Positions 50,901 through 59,225 of a DNA stretch of 64,000 nucleotides are shown in pieces. Numbering within the stretch: the stretch's first letter is position 1; every line of letters begins with the position of its first letter. Both the position numbers and the translations under genes were made by a program. Source of the DNA: Phoronis australis (taxonomy: Eukaryota > Animalia > Phoronida). Where the stretch lies: contig NMRA01000492.1 of the NCBI GenBank assembly GCA_002633005.1, positions 1 to 64,000 of the forward strand, given 5' to 3'. The notes below the pieces were generated by a model. That model saw nothing but the letters and a program-made list of their open reading frames with translations, was not told where the DNA came from and did no database searches.

Positions 50901-53765
50901 TTTATACGAGGCACAACATAGTTACTGAATTCTTAGAGGGTAGAGTAGTGGACGTTCAGCCAGCCCAGCCTGTGCTTATTGGTTCAGCAATGACTTTCTA
51001 GAGTGACATCTCTTAGCAAGAACTCAGCACGACAACGAGGTTCGCGAGACAAGTCGTTGACTGCACTATCTGGCGACCATGCTGTGAGAAGGAAACTACT
51101 TTTTTGTGCTGGCTTTCGTGCGCAATATCAGTAAGATTACACACTCGTGTTGGCTTTCGCAGTAAAGAGGCCTTTCTCAAAATTTATGCATGACTAACAT
51201 TCCAATTCCAGAACGAGGCTAGCACTGCTAAGTCTACAGGAAGCTGTTTGTTTACAATGAATCTCTACATAAACAATGGCACACTGCTGCGTAGCTTGCT
51301 GCAAAAATAACCAAAGAAGAAAAAGTATTGTATTCATCAATTTCATACTGGCAAAGAATTAATTAGACAGTGGCTAGTGAAGATTTGCATATGCAATGGG
51401 CCAACTTTGCAAGTAAATTATTACACAAAGTCGACTTTCAGTGTATCACCAGTGGCCATGATGCTTGAATAGAACGTAATTTTAAATGCATATTCTCTGG
51501 AATTTAAATAAAATGACAAACCTTGAATGTTCCATATTTTTTCTAAAAACCGTGACTTCAGAAAGTTGTCAGGCTGGACTGAAGACAGTCATATAGATTA
51601 ATTTGTTTATATCACAGAAAAGTGCTGGGTGACACACATGGCCTCTCAAGTTGATGAGTGAATCGTTTCACAGCACAACAAGCAGCCATGCAATGATGCA
51701 AACAATATTTCCCCTGGTGTAACCTCTGACTATCATAATTTTTACACACTATCAACTGTGCTGAATTTGAAAGACTACTAACTTTTACAGATATGAAAAG
51801 TTTCTGTTAATCACATAGATATTCACGTATACGTATGCATATATATGAATAGTATGTAACCACTTTCTGTAATTGGAAGTTATACATTTGCAGAGTTGGC
51901 AGACCTAGGTGTAATAATCCTCTTGATGAACTGTTTTTGTTTTTGTGTCGCCTCAGAGTAGGATTAGTGGAGCAAACCTTGTCACTACGTTTCAATTGCT
52001 CAGTAGCAACAGTAAGAAGGAAAATATTGACATGGGCTAATCTAAGGCCAAGCTCACTGGTGACAAACTCACAATGTTTCACAACCTTTAAAGACCTAGT
52101 TGAAATGGCTTCACATGGCGCAAGAACATTTGTATCGTCACTGTTTACTGGCTCAATATGAAACTTTGTGGATTTGATGACTTACTAGAACAAGGGGGCA
52201 CTGTGACGCCTTATAAAAGATTTCTAATAAGATACTCAGTGAAAGGGATACAAAAATCAACATTTCTCCGTTTCAGGGGAAAATAGAAAATCATAACAAA
52301 TAGTAGGGACTCATTTTTTTATCAGCATATTAGAATGTATATTCGGCTCACAACAGTGACTACACCTCCTGTTGGTCATGTTAGTTTTCGACTAGGTTAA
52401 CTTTAGTCAGGGCCAGCGACAACATCACTATCAAATAGGTCCATGTCAGTTTTGCAGGGTAATCAGGCGAGAGATAGAAATTGAAGAAAAAATGATCCAC
52501 CTTGTCCTTCAGGTGCTAAATAAAATTAATGTCTTACTTCACTGTTTTTAAACTGTCCAGATGTAAAGAACAGCAAGAGACCATTGAAGATTGGCTTAAA
52601 ACACGAGTAAACAATTGAAACACCAAAAATCTAGTTAATGAGTTAAACCAAAACATCTTCAATCCATGTTTCAAACAACTGAAAGAATGAATCACGAAGC
52701 AGTCTAATGAATTTACAGTACAAATAAAACTTACAGCACTGAATGCTTTGACCATATTAATCCAGTAGTTTTACCACTTATTGGTTTCCTTGAATTCTTT
52801 TCGCGAAAAAAATGAAATAGACTATTGCTATCCCTAACCAGCTGACGGCTCAACATCAACCGAAGAATGTTTATGCATCCTGTAAAACTGCTCACTTCTT
52901 ACTTGGACACATGATTCTTGCCTGATGATTTTGAAGACTTTTTATAATAAGATTCCAGAGACCTAAATGTTATATTTGGAACAAGTGTAAGGTCACGATC
53001 AGTCAGCTGAGGGGAGGCTGCCATGACTGTAAACAGGAAGTAGTTTAACAGTGTTAGCCTCGCTATGGATTTCTTCTTTAAAGAGGAAATCTATAGCGAG
53101 GCTATGCATATTAAAATATTCATGAGATATTATTAAGAAAGGCCTATAGCAAGTCCATGGCCGTGCCTCTATTTAAAGAGCTGCGATCCTGTAAACCCCA
53201 GACCGGGCGTGCATTCCGGAGACCCGAGAAACCGCTTGAGATCTCGCGAGATATTGTCATATGTTCATTACAAACGAAGTATTTGATCACACCAGCTTTG
53301 GAAGTCAGCCACGGACTAGCAGATTCCAAATCTGCCATACAAAGCCTAAGTCCCGGACCACTGAACTCCAAGACGAAACACCAATCCCAGGTCCCGGGAC
53401 ATTCAGCGCGAAGCGTTCGTGGCGCTCAGGGGCACGGATTTTGGGGATTTGTACCGCAGGTTTGGTGCCTGCTGGTCTGAGGATGGGGTTTAGGATCACA
53501 GCTGGAATGTAAATACAGGCACGGACGCGGAGTTTCCTCCCCCGCCCCTCGCAAATTTACGCGGTTCACCACAACACCTACAGAGGACAGTCATTTGCAA
53601 CTGATAGTTGAACGACTTGACGACTTGTAGACGAACTGAAATAAACGGTATTGCTCGAGACTGTACCTTACCCCGTCGAGGTGGTGGTTGCCACAGCCCA
53701 GTAAAGGGAGACAGTGTAGGCATTCAGGAGGTCGAAAGGTCGAATAAACTCTCCTCGAAACTTCC
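8761..53765 (-). CDS. CNGK: Multi-exon gene (partial at both ends) for a tandem-repeat cyclic-nucleotide-gated K+ channel, CNGK/tetraKCNG-like; at least 3 concatenated 6TM-CNBD modules
   Basis: Manual translation of 19 minus-strand exons with GT-AG boundaries. Phases match continuously from 53765 to 11828. Two STGYGD selectivity filters, two C-linker/CNBD regions and two S1-S2 starts lie in one frame, with no stop between modules A and B. The CNGK name is inferred from this architecture. Confidence 0.85.
11828..11997 (-). CDS. CNGK: Probable channel exon: post-CNBD B helix/linker (QVCEADNNQHFLNQLVRDISDNYIRLYLEEKREALSKSVNHHQCMKRRHAMLNETS)
   Basis: ttttgcag acceptor in phase 2 matching the 16155 donor; G|gtaggc donor; open helical-looking frame but no diagnostic motif. 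Confidence 0.6.
13237..13280. repeat. Perfect palindrome, 21-bp arms
   Basis: actctgtgagactttggtttt-tt-aaaaccaaagtctcacagagt. Confidence 0.95.
14100..14610. repeat. Foldback/MITE-like element with ~40-bp subrepeats carrying AATTACG(AG/CT)CGTAA
   Basis: At least 8 copies of ttacgctcgtaa/ttacgagcgtaa; left units gggaaagt(g/t)t(c/t)gccgtaa, right end gcgacactttccccc in inverted orientation. Confidence 0.8.
16155..16342 (-). CDS. CNGK: Channel exon: degenerate phosphate-binding cassette of CNBD B (LLIAGKSSEVLFKLGPQNFFGDISLLFGTVSRHSVRAKTHVEALVLTRTDFLNVAKKYPMLI)
   Basis: ttggcag acceptor, AG|gtaaaa donor; L.P..FFG.ISLL.....VRA.T......L...DF..V...YP. Confidence 0.9.
16872..17018 (-). CDS. CNGK: Channel exon: N-terminal part of CNBD B (IPFLRDVGEEVLRDLCMKVQTFIYLPKTFLVTAGDVGNELYIIKRGHCE)
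   Basis: ttgcag acceptor, GAG|gttagt donor, 147 nt phase 0-0. Confidence 0.92.
17461..19732. mobile_element. Kolobok-like non-autonomous DNA transposon
   Basis: TTAA on both sides; TIR AGGAGAATGCCACCC...GGGTGGCATTCTCGT (14/15); purine-purine terminus; internal YRFTGYQFEPEY fragment (~19230-19270, +) resembling the KolX N-terminal YxFEP motif. Confidence 0.75.
17625..18557. repeat. Near-identical ~460-bp tandem duplication across a single N (17625-18100 / 18102-18557)
   Basis: Copies differ by a ~20-nt indel and a few SNPs; N at 18101; probably an unmerged contig or haplotype overlap. Confidence 0.9.
19802..19898 (-). CDS. CNGK: Channel exon: end of C-linker B (HQSHQGETLFVDVPRTLQKDLVYCEYGEYLNN)
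   Basis: aaatcag acceptor, AAT|gtgagt donor; phase 2-0 exactly bridges the flanking exons; LF.D.P..LQ.D motif. Confidence 0.88.
20187..20303 (-). CDS. CNGK: Channel exon: C-linker of module B (VEFQSKVVVVKKFMQERSLDSELVKTAIKYLTLLWRTH)
   Basis: aatcag acceptor, AG|gtaatt donor, phase 2-2; FQ.K...VKKFM....L...L...Y...LW. Not in the ORF track. Confidence 0.9.
20700..21260 (-). mobile_element. Decayed non-LTR retrotransposon AP-endonuclease (R1/LOA-like)
   Basis: Minus-strand fragments ALIHEPW, KPRAAVLVSK...EFCNRDAVT, LLEFVVSSQLLMCNMGHDSTF...VDLTL, SDHRY. Confidence 0.7.
22345..22700 (+). repeat. Dispersed repeat; inverted copy at ~63600-64000
   Basis: cccttccccaacccgatccc...gagtaaacccagtccatgt(a/g)ttgccgcgtg...tgcacgagtc shared in opposite orientation. 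Confidence 0.8.
23100..23234. mobile_element. Dimeric ~65-bp mini-MITE (CATGGGCGGCGC...GCGCCGCCCATG x2); second copy at 46096-46239
   Basis: Two monomers with short TIRs and a G-rich core joined by gtct; the same dimer recurs 23 kb away. Confidence 0.8.
23760..24110 (-). mobile_element. THAP-domain remnant of a DNA transposon
   Basis: VLGCTN...IIFRKFPFVKKNPRQRMR..VKRE..DPSRSH..SKF resembles the THAP C..GC.N / F..FP / R..W / CS.HF pattern, degraded. Confidence 0.55.
24315..24563 (-). CDS. CNGK: Channel exon: pore and S6 of module B (CRPDSWAAQNRFDFNVNTSLGVKYASSVYWATTTMSSTGYGDVSAHNDIGRLVAVAAMIIGIGLWGYLQAVLASSLSVIDIS)
   Basis: gtttcag acceptor, AG|gtaagg donor, phase 2-2; complete TTMSSTGYGD K+ filter. 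Confidence 0.95.
24860..25905. mobile_element. Second, more degraded Kolobok-related element
   Basis: Left part parallels 17470-17600 (gataattgcacgttc...ttacctgac...gaaattagcc...tgacgtca); right part shares ggttaacgcgac(g/a)cctctc with 19623. An inverted partial copy of 25578-25615 lies at ~26290-26330. Confidence 0.5.
26767..26912 (-). CDS. CNGK: Channel exon: S4-S5 of module B (VPLYFSKKESSIEYNIRTVRIFKFLIYVALCTHTVGCVWFFQACGLRD)
   Basis: atttcag acceptor, AA|gtgagc donor; H..GC.WF S5 motif. Not in the ORF track. Confidence 0.92.
27074..27231 (-). CDS. CNGK: Channel exon: S3-S4 of module B (GILNDFDEIVKHYVRTPRIVLDVLACLPLEVAVAYSHTLFAFFKLNRVLKLYR)
   Basis: ttttcag acceptor, AGG|gtaacg donor; I..HY.....D....LP.E motif and KLNRVLKLYR S4. 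Confidence 0.92.
27350..29125. mobile_element. Large foldback element with ~500-bp diverged inverted arms and a nested central palindrome
   Basis: Arms pair as: gtgcagcaaagtgtc/gacactgctgcac, agcttcgatgag/ttcatcgaagct, ggagactgtgc/gcacagtctcc, cagattttacgcta/tagcgtaaaatctg, ttttcgttggatttg/caaatccaacgaaaa. Confidence 0.8.
28045..28159. repeat. ~115-bp near-perfect hairpin (palindromic MITE core)
   Basis: ttatccccc..ctagagccc..gtggattttggagaattatc / gataattctccaaaatccac..gggctctag..gggggataa. Confidence 0.9.
29906..30019 (-). CDS. CNGK: Channel exon: S2 of module B (LYNRPVIGALFKGVGWFIDLLNALDIVFQLRTAVYTPN)
   Basis: ttttag acceptor, G|gtaaga donor, phase 1-1; D.....DI...(F/L)RT motif. Not in the ORF track. 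Confidence 0.9.
30977..31151 (-). CDS. CNGK: Channel exon: S1 of module B (RMKESVCNKWFVLKNTLINPESRMAFVWETTILSLALLQGAEVIFMASFMTNGTIGIP)
   Basis: tatag acceptor, C|gtacgt donor; I.P.S....W pre-S1 motif followed by a hydrophobic helix. Confidence 0.85.
31607..31858 (-). CDS. CNGK: Channel exon: linker between modules A and B (KVEKHDGLQSKQ...RLWRFHKHYISPFV)
   Basis: tttccag acceptor, GTG|gtaaga donor, 252 nt open phase 0-0. Confidence 0.75.
32595..32728 (-). CDS. CNGK: Channel exon: CNBD A C-helix and inter-module linker (VTEKMREVADHRYERVEEAAKGVEKQNDSTLVVNHQIPDKVNEIR)
   Basis: ttgtag acceptor in phase 1 matching the previous exon; gtgagt donor (an alternative in-frame gtgaat donor would give exon boundary 32610). 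Confidence 0.8.
32995..33109 (-). CDS. CNGK: Channel exon: phosphate-binding cassette of CNBD A (ICLVVSVPRTATMRAACHCDLVVLDKNDIREVARFYPN)
   Basis: ttttccag acceptor, G|gtactt donor; canonical PRTAT.RA...CDL..L.K.D....YP. Confidence 0.92.
33515..34380 (-). mobile_element. Inverted 3' copy of the adjacent Penelope-like element
   Basis: Reverse complement of ~35610-36508 (IPFITMFNPCLNGISHVFR vs IPLITMFNPCLNGTSHVFR; YVGQTQHNLQ region), with an internal deletion. Confidence 0.85.
34390..36510 (+). mobile_element. Penelope-like retroelement (RT + GIY-YIG endonuclease), pseudogenised
   Basis: IIIKPAGKGSADVIMDK, PEIHK..PGRPI, LYTYIPQHDGI, WIRYINEIFMIW, FHPTIKFT, NIIYLITCKKCSMQYVGQT, LRLKREQF, EPNGLN; many stops and frameshifts. 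Confidence 0.92.
36877..38321. repeat. Near-identical ~567-bp direct duplication (36877-37444 / 37755-38321) spanning a single N
   Basis: Identical 60-aa ORFs at 37171 and 38048; N at 37445 at the exact end of copy 1. Confidence 0.9.
39891..39953 (-). CDS. CNGK: Channel exon: CNBD A beta strands (VLGDDGKTCIALLKRGRIVGE)
   Basis: atttcag acceptor, GAG|gtgaca donor, 63 nt phase 0-0; V..DDG...IA.L..G...GE motif. Confidence 0.88.
39977..40390 (+). mobile_element. Tc1/mariner transposase remnant
   Basis: TA-CAGGGCGTCC end; WWQHGHG (cf. WFQQDGA) and FLGVYLKEREYV (cf. FLWGYLKERVY) fragments. Confidence 0.55.
40460..42600 (+). mobile_element. Second Penelope-like RT element (different family), decayed, 3' endonuclease not recognisable
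   Basis: PNITKDEYKAL..LK.DKSINILAADKGGTAVV, MLSYDVSALFSRVP, YHQIRGVLMGPSISAIVANIFMEDFE, HLNSLNPYIQLTRE, LPILDTL, ALRVNGYRDW. Confidence 0.88.
43049..43195 (-). CDS. CNGK: Channel exon: N-terminal part of CNBD A (ASIFANVGKGPLRMISLKMKHVSFLPGQVITTAGDISHQMIYIHKGMIE)
   Basis: ttcag acceptor, GAG|gtaagg donor, 147 nt phase 0-0; FLPG..I...GD...M..I.KG..E CNBD pattern. Not in the ORF track. Confidence 0.92.
44090..44764. repeat. DNA-transposon-like segment with degenerate internal repeats, ending ...GTGGGCC-TTAA
   Basis: Recurring aaatttca and ctc(g/a)a.ta.ctc/ttga(g/a)aacg units at ~44200-44330, ~44460-44530 and ~44580-44700. Confidence 0.4.
45243..45407 (-). CDS. CNGK: Channel exon: C-linker of module A (DEMDITDELRLLVVGYYKYMWVRYRGANKDRLFEGLPPPLQRATSLQLNHKVLAK)
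   Basis: tag acceptor, AAG|gtaatc donor, 165 nt phase 0-0; YY.Y.W...G and LP..L C-linker motifs. Confidence 0.92.
46096..46239. mobile_element. Second copy of the dimeric mini-MITE
   Basis: Same monomer-gtct-monomer organisation as 23100-23234. Confidence 0.8.
46618..46795 (-). CDS. CNGK: Channel exon: YGD filter, S6 and C-linker start of module A (YGDIYSVTISEVVLASVVMLCGTLLFYGMLVGGLTSIVTNLDKQRAGFISRLNNVKAIM)
   Basis: ggcag acceptor, ATG|gtaaga donor; completes GYGD; typical CNG/KCNH S6. Confidence 0.92.
47144..47300. mobile_element. MITE with CTGGGCCCGTG / CACGGGCCAG ends
   Basis: Terminal inverted repeat plus internal inverted tactcgaa/ttcgagta motifs. Confidence 0.65.
47515..50366 (-). 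mobile_element. Sola3-like DNA transposon, decayed transposase on the minus strand
   Basis: TTAA both sides; TIR GAGCAATTCCATATAAAAACCA...TGGTTTTTATAAGGAATCATTC (18/22); GAG terminus. Fragments SCTF...SCVKDVRSHL...ELQLILVRA and, after a frameshift, CFTHRHE..LG; also LFTCD.E. Superfamily assignment rests on the TSD/terminus rule. Confidence 0.62.
50621..50783. mobile_element. hAT-like MITE (CAGTGGC(G/A)GATC...ATCCGCC); related ends at 4255 and 7477
   Basis: cagtggcagatcaagg...ggaggggg...cccctcc...taaatccgcct. Confidence 0.55.
51276..51450 (+). mobile_element. THAP-domain remnant
   Basis: MAHCCVACCKNNQRRKSIVF..(shift)..RQWLVKI. Confidence 0.5.
53054..53104. repeat. ~50-bp palindrome with TAG...CTA ends (Academ-like mini-element)
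   Basis: tagcctcgctatggatttc...gaaatctatagcgaggcta. Confidence 0.75.
53672..53765 (-). CDS. CNGK: Channel exon: pore helix of module A (KFRGEFIRPFDLLNAYTVSLYWAVATTTSTG)
   Basis: ttttgcag acceptor, GG|gtaagg donor; SLYWA..T..STG pore helix motif; phase-2 end joins G-YGD of the next exon. Confidence 0.9.
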
Positions 53766-56700
53766 CTGCAAAAATGAGATGTAGTATTAGCAGCTTTACT
53801 CTACCTACTGGTGAGTGGTGACTGCTGTTTTTATCTGTGCCTATGTTGACAAGACACAACTTTCTTTTCCAAGTTTACACTTTCGTATTACAATAACTTG
53901 AAGAGAAACGACGCGTGAATGCTGCCCAGATACGTTCTCTCGATATAACGTGGAGTGATTGAGTGAATATAAACAAATAGACCTTAGAGTGATAGAGTGA
54001 GACGTCATGAACATAAATGAATGCGTGATATCTGTCACCCAAAGAGTGCCTCCACTAGAAACCAAATCATGGTATCGTTTGAAGCTGTAATATGTCGTAC
54101 TGTGTTGAAAGGTAACGTGTCCACCCTATGTAATGTTGCGTCCGTTTAACGCATTGGTCACATATTAAGAGGCTCGACCGATTGCACCAACTGCTGAGTT
54201 CTACCCCGATATGTAGCATGATCATGTGACCATCTGCCACGGTCACATTGCTTTTGACGCCAATCCCTCTTAAAATGATCATATCAGCAGACAAGCTGTT
54301 ATCTGTAGCGTCGGCCGAGTGTTCGTGTCAAAAAGCAGCAGTCTGTGCACTGTCCGGCAAAGTTGGAATAATTCTGCCGATAGGCTTATCGTATATCGTC
54401 GGGCGATGTTGTTTGATAAGCTGCAGACCAATCGTCAACGGCCATATCCCAATGCCACTTATTAAAATATGATCGCTACACTTGATCTGTCAATAAATCG
54501 CTTGAAGTCAATTGGCGAGATCTGCCAAGCATAACCATGTGAGCAAGGCATAATGAAAAACAGTTGCTATCCCGGCGCACTGCGACAGCAATCGATAGAC
54601 AATCGTGAACACATCGGCAGAGCATTTGCCGATCGCCAGTTGATGACTGTAACCTAGTCCTGGTGATGTTTTACATGCAGACAAGCGATCTCTGCGGGGC
54701 AAGTTAGAAAATCGAGTGGATACCGGAAAATTTTCACTTGAACGCGAAGGCGTACCGACGCCGACGCTCGATTGACCCACACCAGCCATAATCTCGCGGT
54801 GGGCTTTGGAAGCTACAGTAGCTTTATGTGAGCGAGGCATGATGTTTGCTCAGAAGGCCAATAGTCATCTTCAATACACCTGGCGACATAATGAAATACG
54901 CCTTGTCGCAAAATTGGTAGTAAATTAGTTGGTTGACAGCGTTCCGCGCTTTTATATGGAGGTTTAAGGAGTCCTAGTAAAATATTCCAATTTGGCTAAC
55001 TTTGAAACATCATAGCGCTCGACACCTAGCTTGAATTTTAAGAAACTTGAGAAGGTGCCGTGAAGCACGGTCAGATGAAGTTTCGAGGCCGGCAATTTTC
55101 CCGAAGTATGTCAGTGCTCGACACCTAGCTTGACGTGAAGTTGCATTTAGCGACATGGCGAAAATCCCAGGTCGCCAAACCTGGAGTCGCCAAACTGACG
55201 TCGAAATCGACGACTAAAAAGGTCGTGCCGTACTCCGTTGTCAGAATCTTACGCATATCTCTTCAATTTCTCTCCGTGAAAAGATGTACAATTCAGTCTC
55301 TTATAAATAACTCAATTCCTTCTGCCAACGAAAATACGATCCCAGGCACCTGGGCTGCGTTTTTTACCGATCTTGCCCGAGTTTTGCTAAAAATTACGCC
55401 TTCCGTCTGTTTACTTCCTGTTGTAATTTAACTTAGCACGTGTTTGATATGGGCTGATCGCTGTGGTGGCAAATGCACCGATTTCACGAAAAAAGGGAAC
55501 ATTTCTTAACCAAAGGTTTTGAATCTAGGAAGAATTTTAATAATTTAAAGTTTGGAAGTCAGCACAAACTTTGAAACGAATTTCGGGGGAATTATTGTCT
55601 GACATTGATACTCGCAATCGCCAAACACAATTTTAGGTCGCCAAATCAAGCACTGCATCAGATTGTTATGAAACGTTCAGATACTAAGGTTTATATATTG
55701 TTATCCAAAATTTTGTTAAGGGTTGTTTTTTGTAATGCGATCAGAGTGGTTTTATTGTTATAGAAGATGTATAGAAAATGTTCTAAAAATATGTGATGTG
55801 TAAACATGTTTAGGGTGGGGATTGAATCTTCGACACTGTTTTAGTATTTTGATTTTCCCAGTGCGCTTCATTACTCCGCCCCTCTAACTTCAGTATTGTA
55901 AAGTATTAAACGTGCTTTATCCTGCCCTCTTGATTCGTACTTACAGCGCAATGGCGTCATCTGTTGATCATTACCATAACCATATACATGTATTACAAGT
56001 ACATGTAGGTATACTATTGTGTATTGTTATGTGTGTATGGTTGGGACTAGGTCTGGTTATTTCCGGTTTTACTGGTTATTCGGTATTGGGTAAATAACTG
56101 ACCAGCATCAGGTGTGGTTGTATCATTTAGTGGTTCGAGTGTCAGAGAACTGGCTAGAACAGGTTTCTTTTGCGAACAGCTTAGTGCAATTTGATCAGCA
56201 CTTTCGTTTTTTTCTTTGCAAGTGCTTCCTTGCCACTTTCAGTGCAGCTTCATGAACTCTGTGACATTTGTATTCAGTTTCTTCAGTGCTTAACATATTC
56301 AATTAACCTGACAGTCGTTCTGGTCTTTGTGTAAATTGTGTAATCCACCATGTTTAGAGCGTTGACTGAGTTACGTAATTCGTTTTGTCAATTGTCTTTG
56401 CTTTATTTTGCACTTGCCATTACAGCTAAACGTTGATGATGTCTCTCTAGCCCGTTTTCTTTGAATCGGTTAGATTTGTTGATTCTATTTCTTTCTTACT
56501 ATAGTTTGGAACATAACGTTGTTGTTGTAATGTATTATGGACTGTGTATTGCATTGAGAAACAGCATCAGATGGACTTATTGCACCAGCAGTAGCATATC
56601 AACGGCACTAGCAGCTGCAACAGCCTGACTAGCGAAAGCATGAACGAAAACAACATAACTGGCGTGAACAACAGAACCATTACCTGGCTTGTGCATGTTC

Positions 56701-58564
56701 TTTGCCACTTCATGAAGGTGCGCTTTGTGTATTTCATGTGACGTCATCTTAATAAAAAATAGAAATTGAGGAGTAAAAATCGACGCGATTATTTGACAAT
56801 TCGCACCATTCAAGTGGCCTAGAATGCGAAAAACAGACTAAATTGCATTACAGAAGTCAAGCCGTCCACCAGGTATTTTTACAGTTAGTTTGTAAAAAAT
56901 TTGAATTTCTTTTAATGTCAAAGCATTTTTCCTTTAGTTTCAATTTTACCAAAAATGATCTGTCAATTGCTCGTCACTTCGTCCATTTTTCCCCACAAGG
57001 CAATGCACATCTCCTTATTTGGTATGGCAAGGAATAGACGTAGCACATTTAACTTATATGGAAAATGTGATCTTTGAACTTTGATATAAACAAATCACTT
57101 ATGGGAATGCTACCTCCGATCTTGCGCTGTTGAGATTGCGCCGCGCATGCGTGACATTTGCTTGCATACGTATTTTCCGGTGTTTGCTATTCATATGGAA
57201 TTTACTGTCACTAAAACTTTTCGCAAAACCGCCGTTTTTCAATCAATCAGTTTATGAAGGCCATAGGCCCAGTGCACAAAGGAACAACATGTAACATACT
57301 TAAGAGTGCAGCAAGCTATCACGGAGTCCAAAAGTATAAAATACGTATTTACAGAGGTTAACTAATTTGGCATCATCACTTGTTGATATCAATCTTTTGA
57401 ACTTGAAAACAGAAGGAAAATTCCAGCAACACACTTCAATATAATTTTCTCTCAATTACGAATATTTATCACAGCTTAGAAGGAAATGGTACTCGTCTTC
57501 AACAACACTGGGGCAGAAGGGACACACTCTGTTTGCCCTATCCAAATTCAAGTGCCGGCCTGCCTACTTCAATCACGAGACTGTGGCTAGAACAACGAAA
57601 ACGTGCCATGGACATAGTTTGTGCACGGGGTTTATCCAAACTTAAAATTTTTTCCAACTGGAATTCCTTTTTAAATTGATTGTAAAAACACATTTAAGCA
57701 TTATTCTCAACACTCTGTCTCCATCCTTGCAAATAACAATCCCTTATTTGCTGTCTAAAAATTAGCAGAAAAGTATATTCACACGCATTGCATAAGAGTC
57801 CTACCATTAGAAAGTCCTTCGCCAGTTCTTGGGACTGTGTGAGTATAGCAGGAGCAAACGATAAATAATTTAATCCACAAGTAATCATCATTTCGCAAAC
57901 TAAACCTGACCGAAAGTGTTATCAAAATGCGAAAAATAACAGGGGGTAATAGTAACATGAAAAAGGAAATGAACCAGAGAGGTTATGTAAATGAGTAAGT
58001 GAACCAGCAGGGAAATAATTTCAATGATTCAAAAGATTTCTATCCTACAAAGAAAAAGATTTTAGAATATGGATTCCTCACAATTGCTGTGAAGAATTTA
58101 GCCAGTCATTCATCCAAAATTATACATCTTTGTATATCAATCGGACCATTGGTGCCGTTTGATTCAGTTCTACAGGATGCAAGGACATTCATAAAAGTGT
58201 GATCAACTAATTACTCAAAGTACTTATTCGAAATTTGCAGATAAAGGCTTTCTGGTAGATAAAAAATGAGAAAACATCTATTGAGTAAGTTTGAAATGTA
58301 CTGCGGATATAACATTACAGAGGTGCCAGTGTGGTACTTTCCATAGTAGTTTTTAAATCAACCAATTTCTTCATATAGCAAACGTAAGTGATCCTGGTAC
58401 ATGTACATGTATTGTGTGTTCATTTTACCGTAAACGTGAGACATTGGAACACATTGTTACGAACGACTGTTATGCTTCTAAAGAAAGTGGATTCTGGAAA
58501 ATAACAATGTCCATAGCGAATAAACAAATGAACGCCTGTTCCATAGTTGTCAATATTCGAGAAT

Positions 58565-58975
58565 GAAAAAAAACGGGACATCTGGATTAAAAAGCGGGAC
58601 TTCCGGATAAAAAGCAGAGCATTTAGCTGGGTCTATCCCAAAATACAAGCGTAAAATGTTCGCTGCAACAAACAAAAACGTCTCGACAGCGTTTTGGTCG
58701 AACGGAAGATGTTACACCCAAAAACGCCCGACAGCGTTTTTTTGTGTTTTTTTAATCGAATGGGCAATTGCGGGTGACTCAAAAACCCATGAAACGTCCC
58801 GTTTTTTTTTTTAGTCGAACGGCAACATAGTGCTATGTCGCGTGAGAAATTACAGTAGAATATGATGCGCCGTGGGTCAAAGAGCGGGGCATTTTGATGC
58901 TGTTGCGGGATGACGAGAAAAAAATCAAAAAAGTGGGATAGTTGGCCAAGAAAGGGACAATTGGCAATATACGCT
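58565..58975. mobile_element. MITE-like element with AAAA(G)CGGGAC subterminal repeats
   Basis: aaaacgggac, aaaagcgggac, gtcccgttttt, aaagtgggat, aagggacaattggca; internal aaaacg..cgacagcgtttt direct repeat. Confidence 0.5.
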
Positions 58976-59177
58976 GTCAGCAACACAAAGTACTGGATTG
59001 GATTTTTTACAAGCAAAACTTATTTTTTTAATTTTATTTCACGGGTATAGATAAATACTACAGATAGCATTCACTGCTTAGAAATCGAATTGACAAAAAA
59101 GTATGCGAGCAACGGGTAAACATTGCACAAACGAATTATTATAGAACCAATTGAAAACATGAATAGTCTATGCAAAA

Positions 59178-59225
59178 ACACGCACACACACACGCGCGCA
59201 CGCGCGCGCGCACACACACACACAC
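59178..59225. repeat. (CA)n/(CG)n alternating purine-pyrimidine microsatellite
   Basis: acacgcacacacacacgcgcgcacgcgcgcgcgcacacacacacacac. Confidence 0.95.

Noticed and set aside
51650-52300. Possible L1/Tx1 RT remnant (SPG, LGVII-like fragments)
   Set aside because: Too degraded to call confidently.
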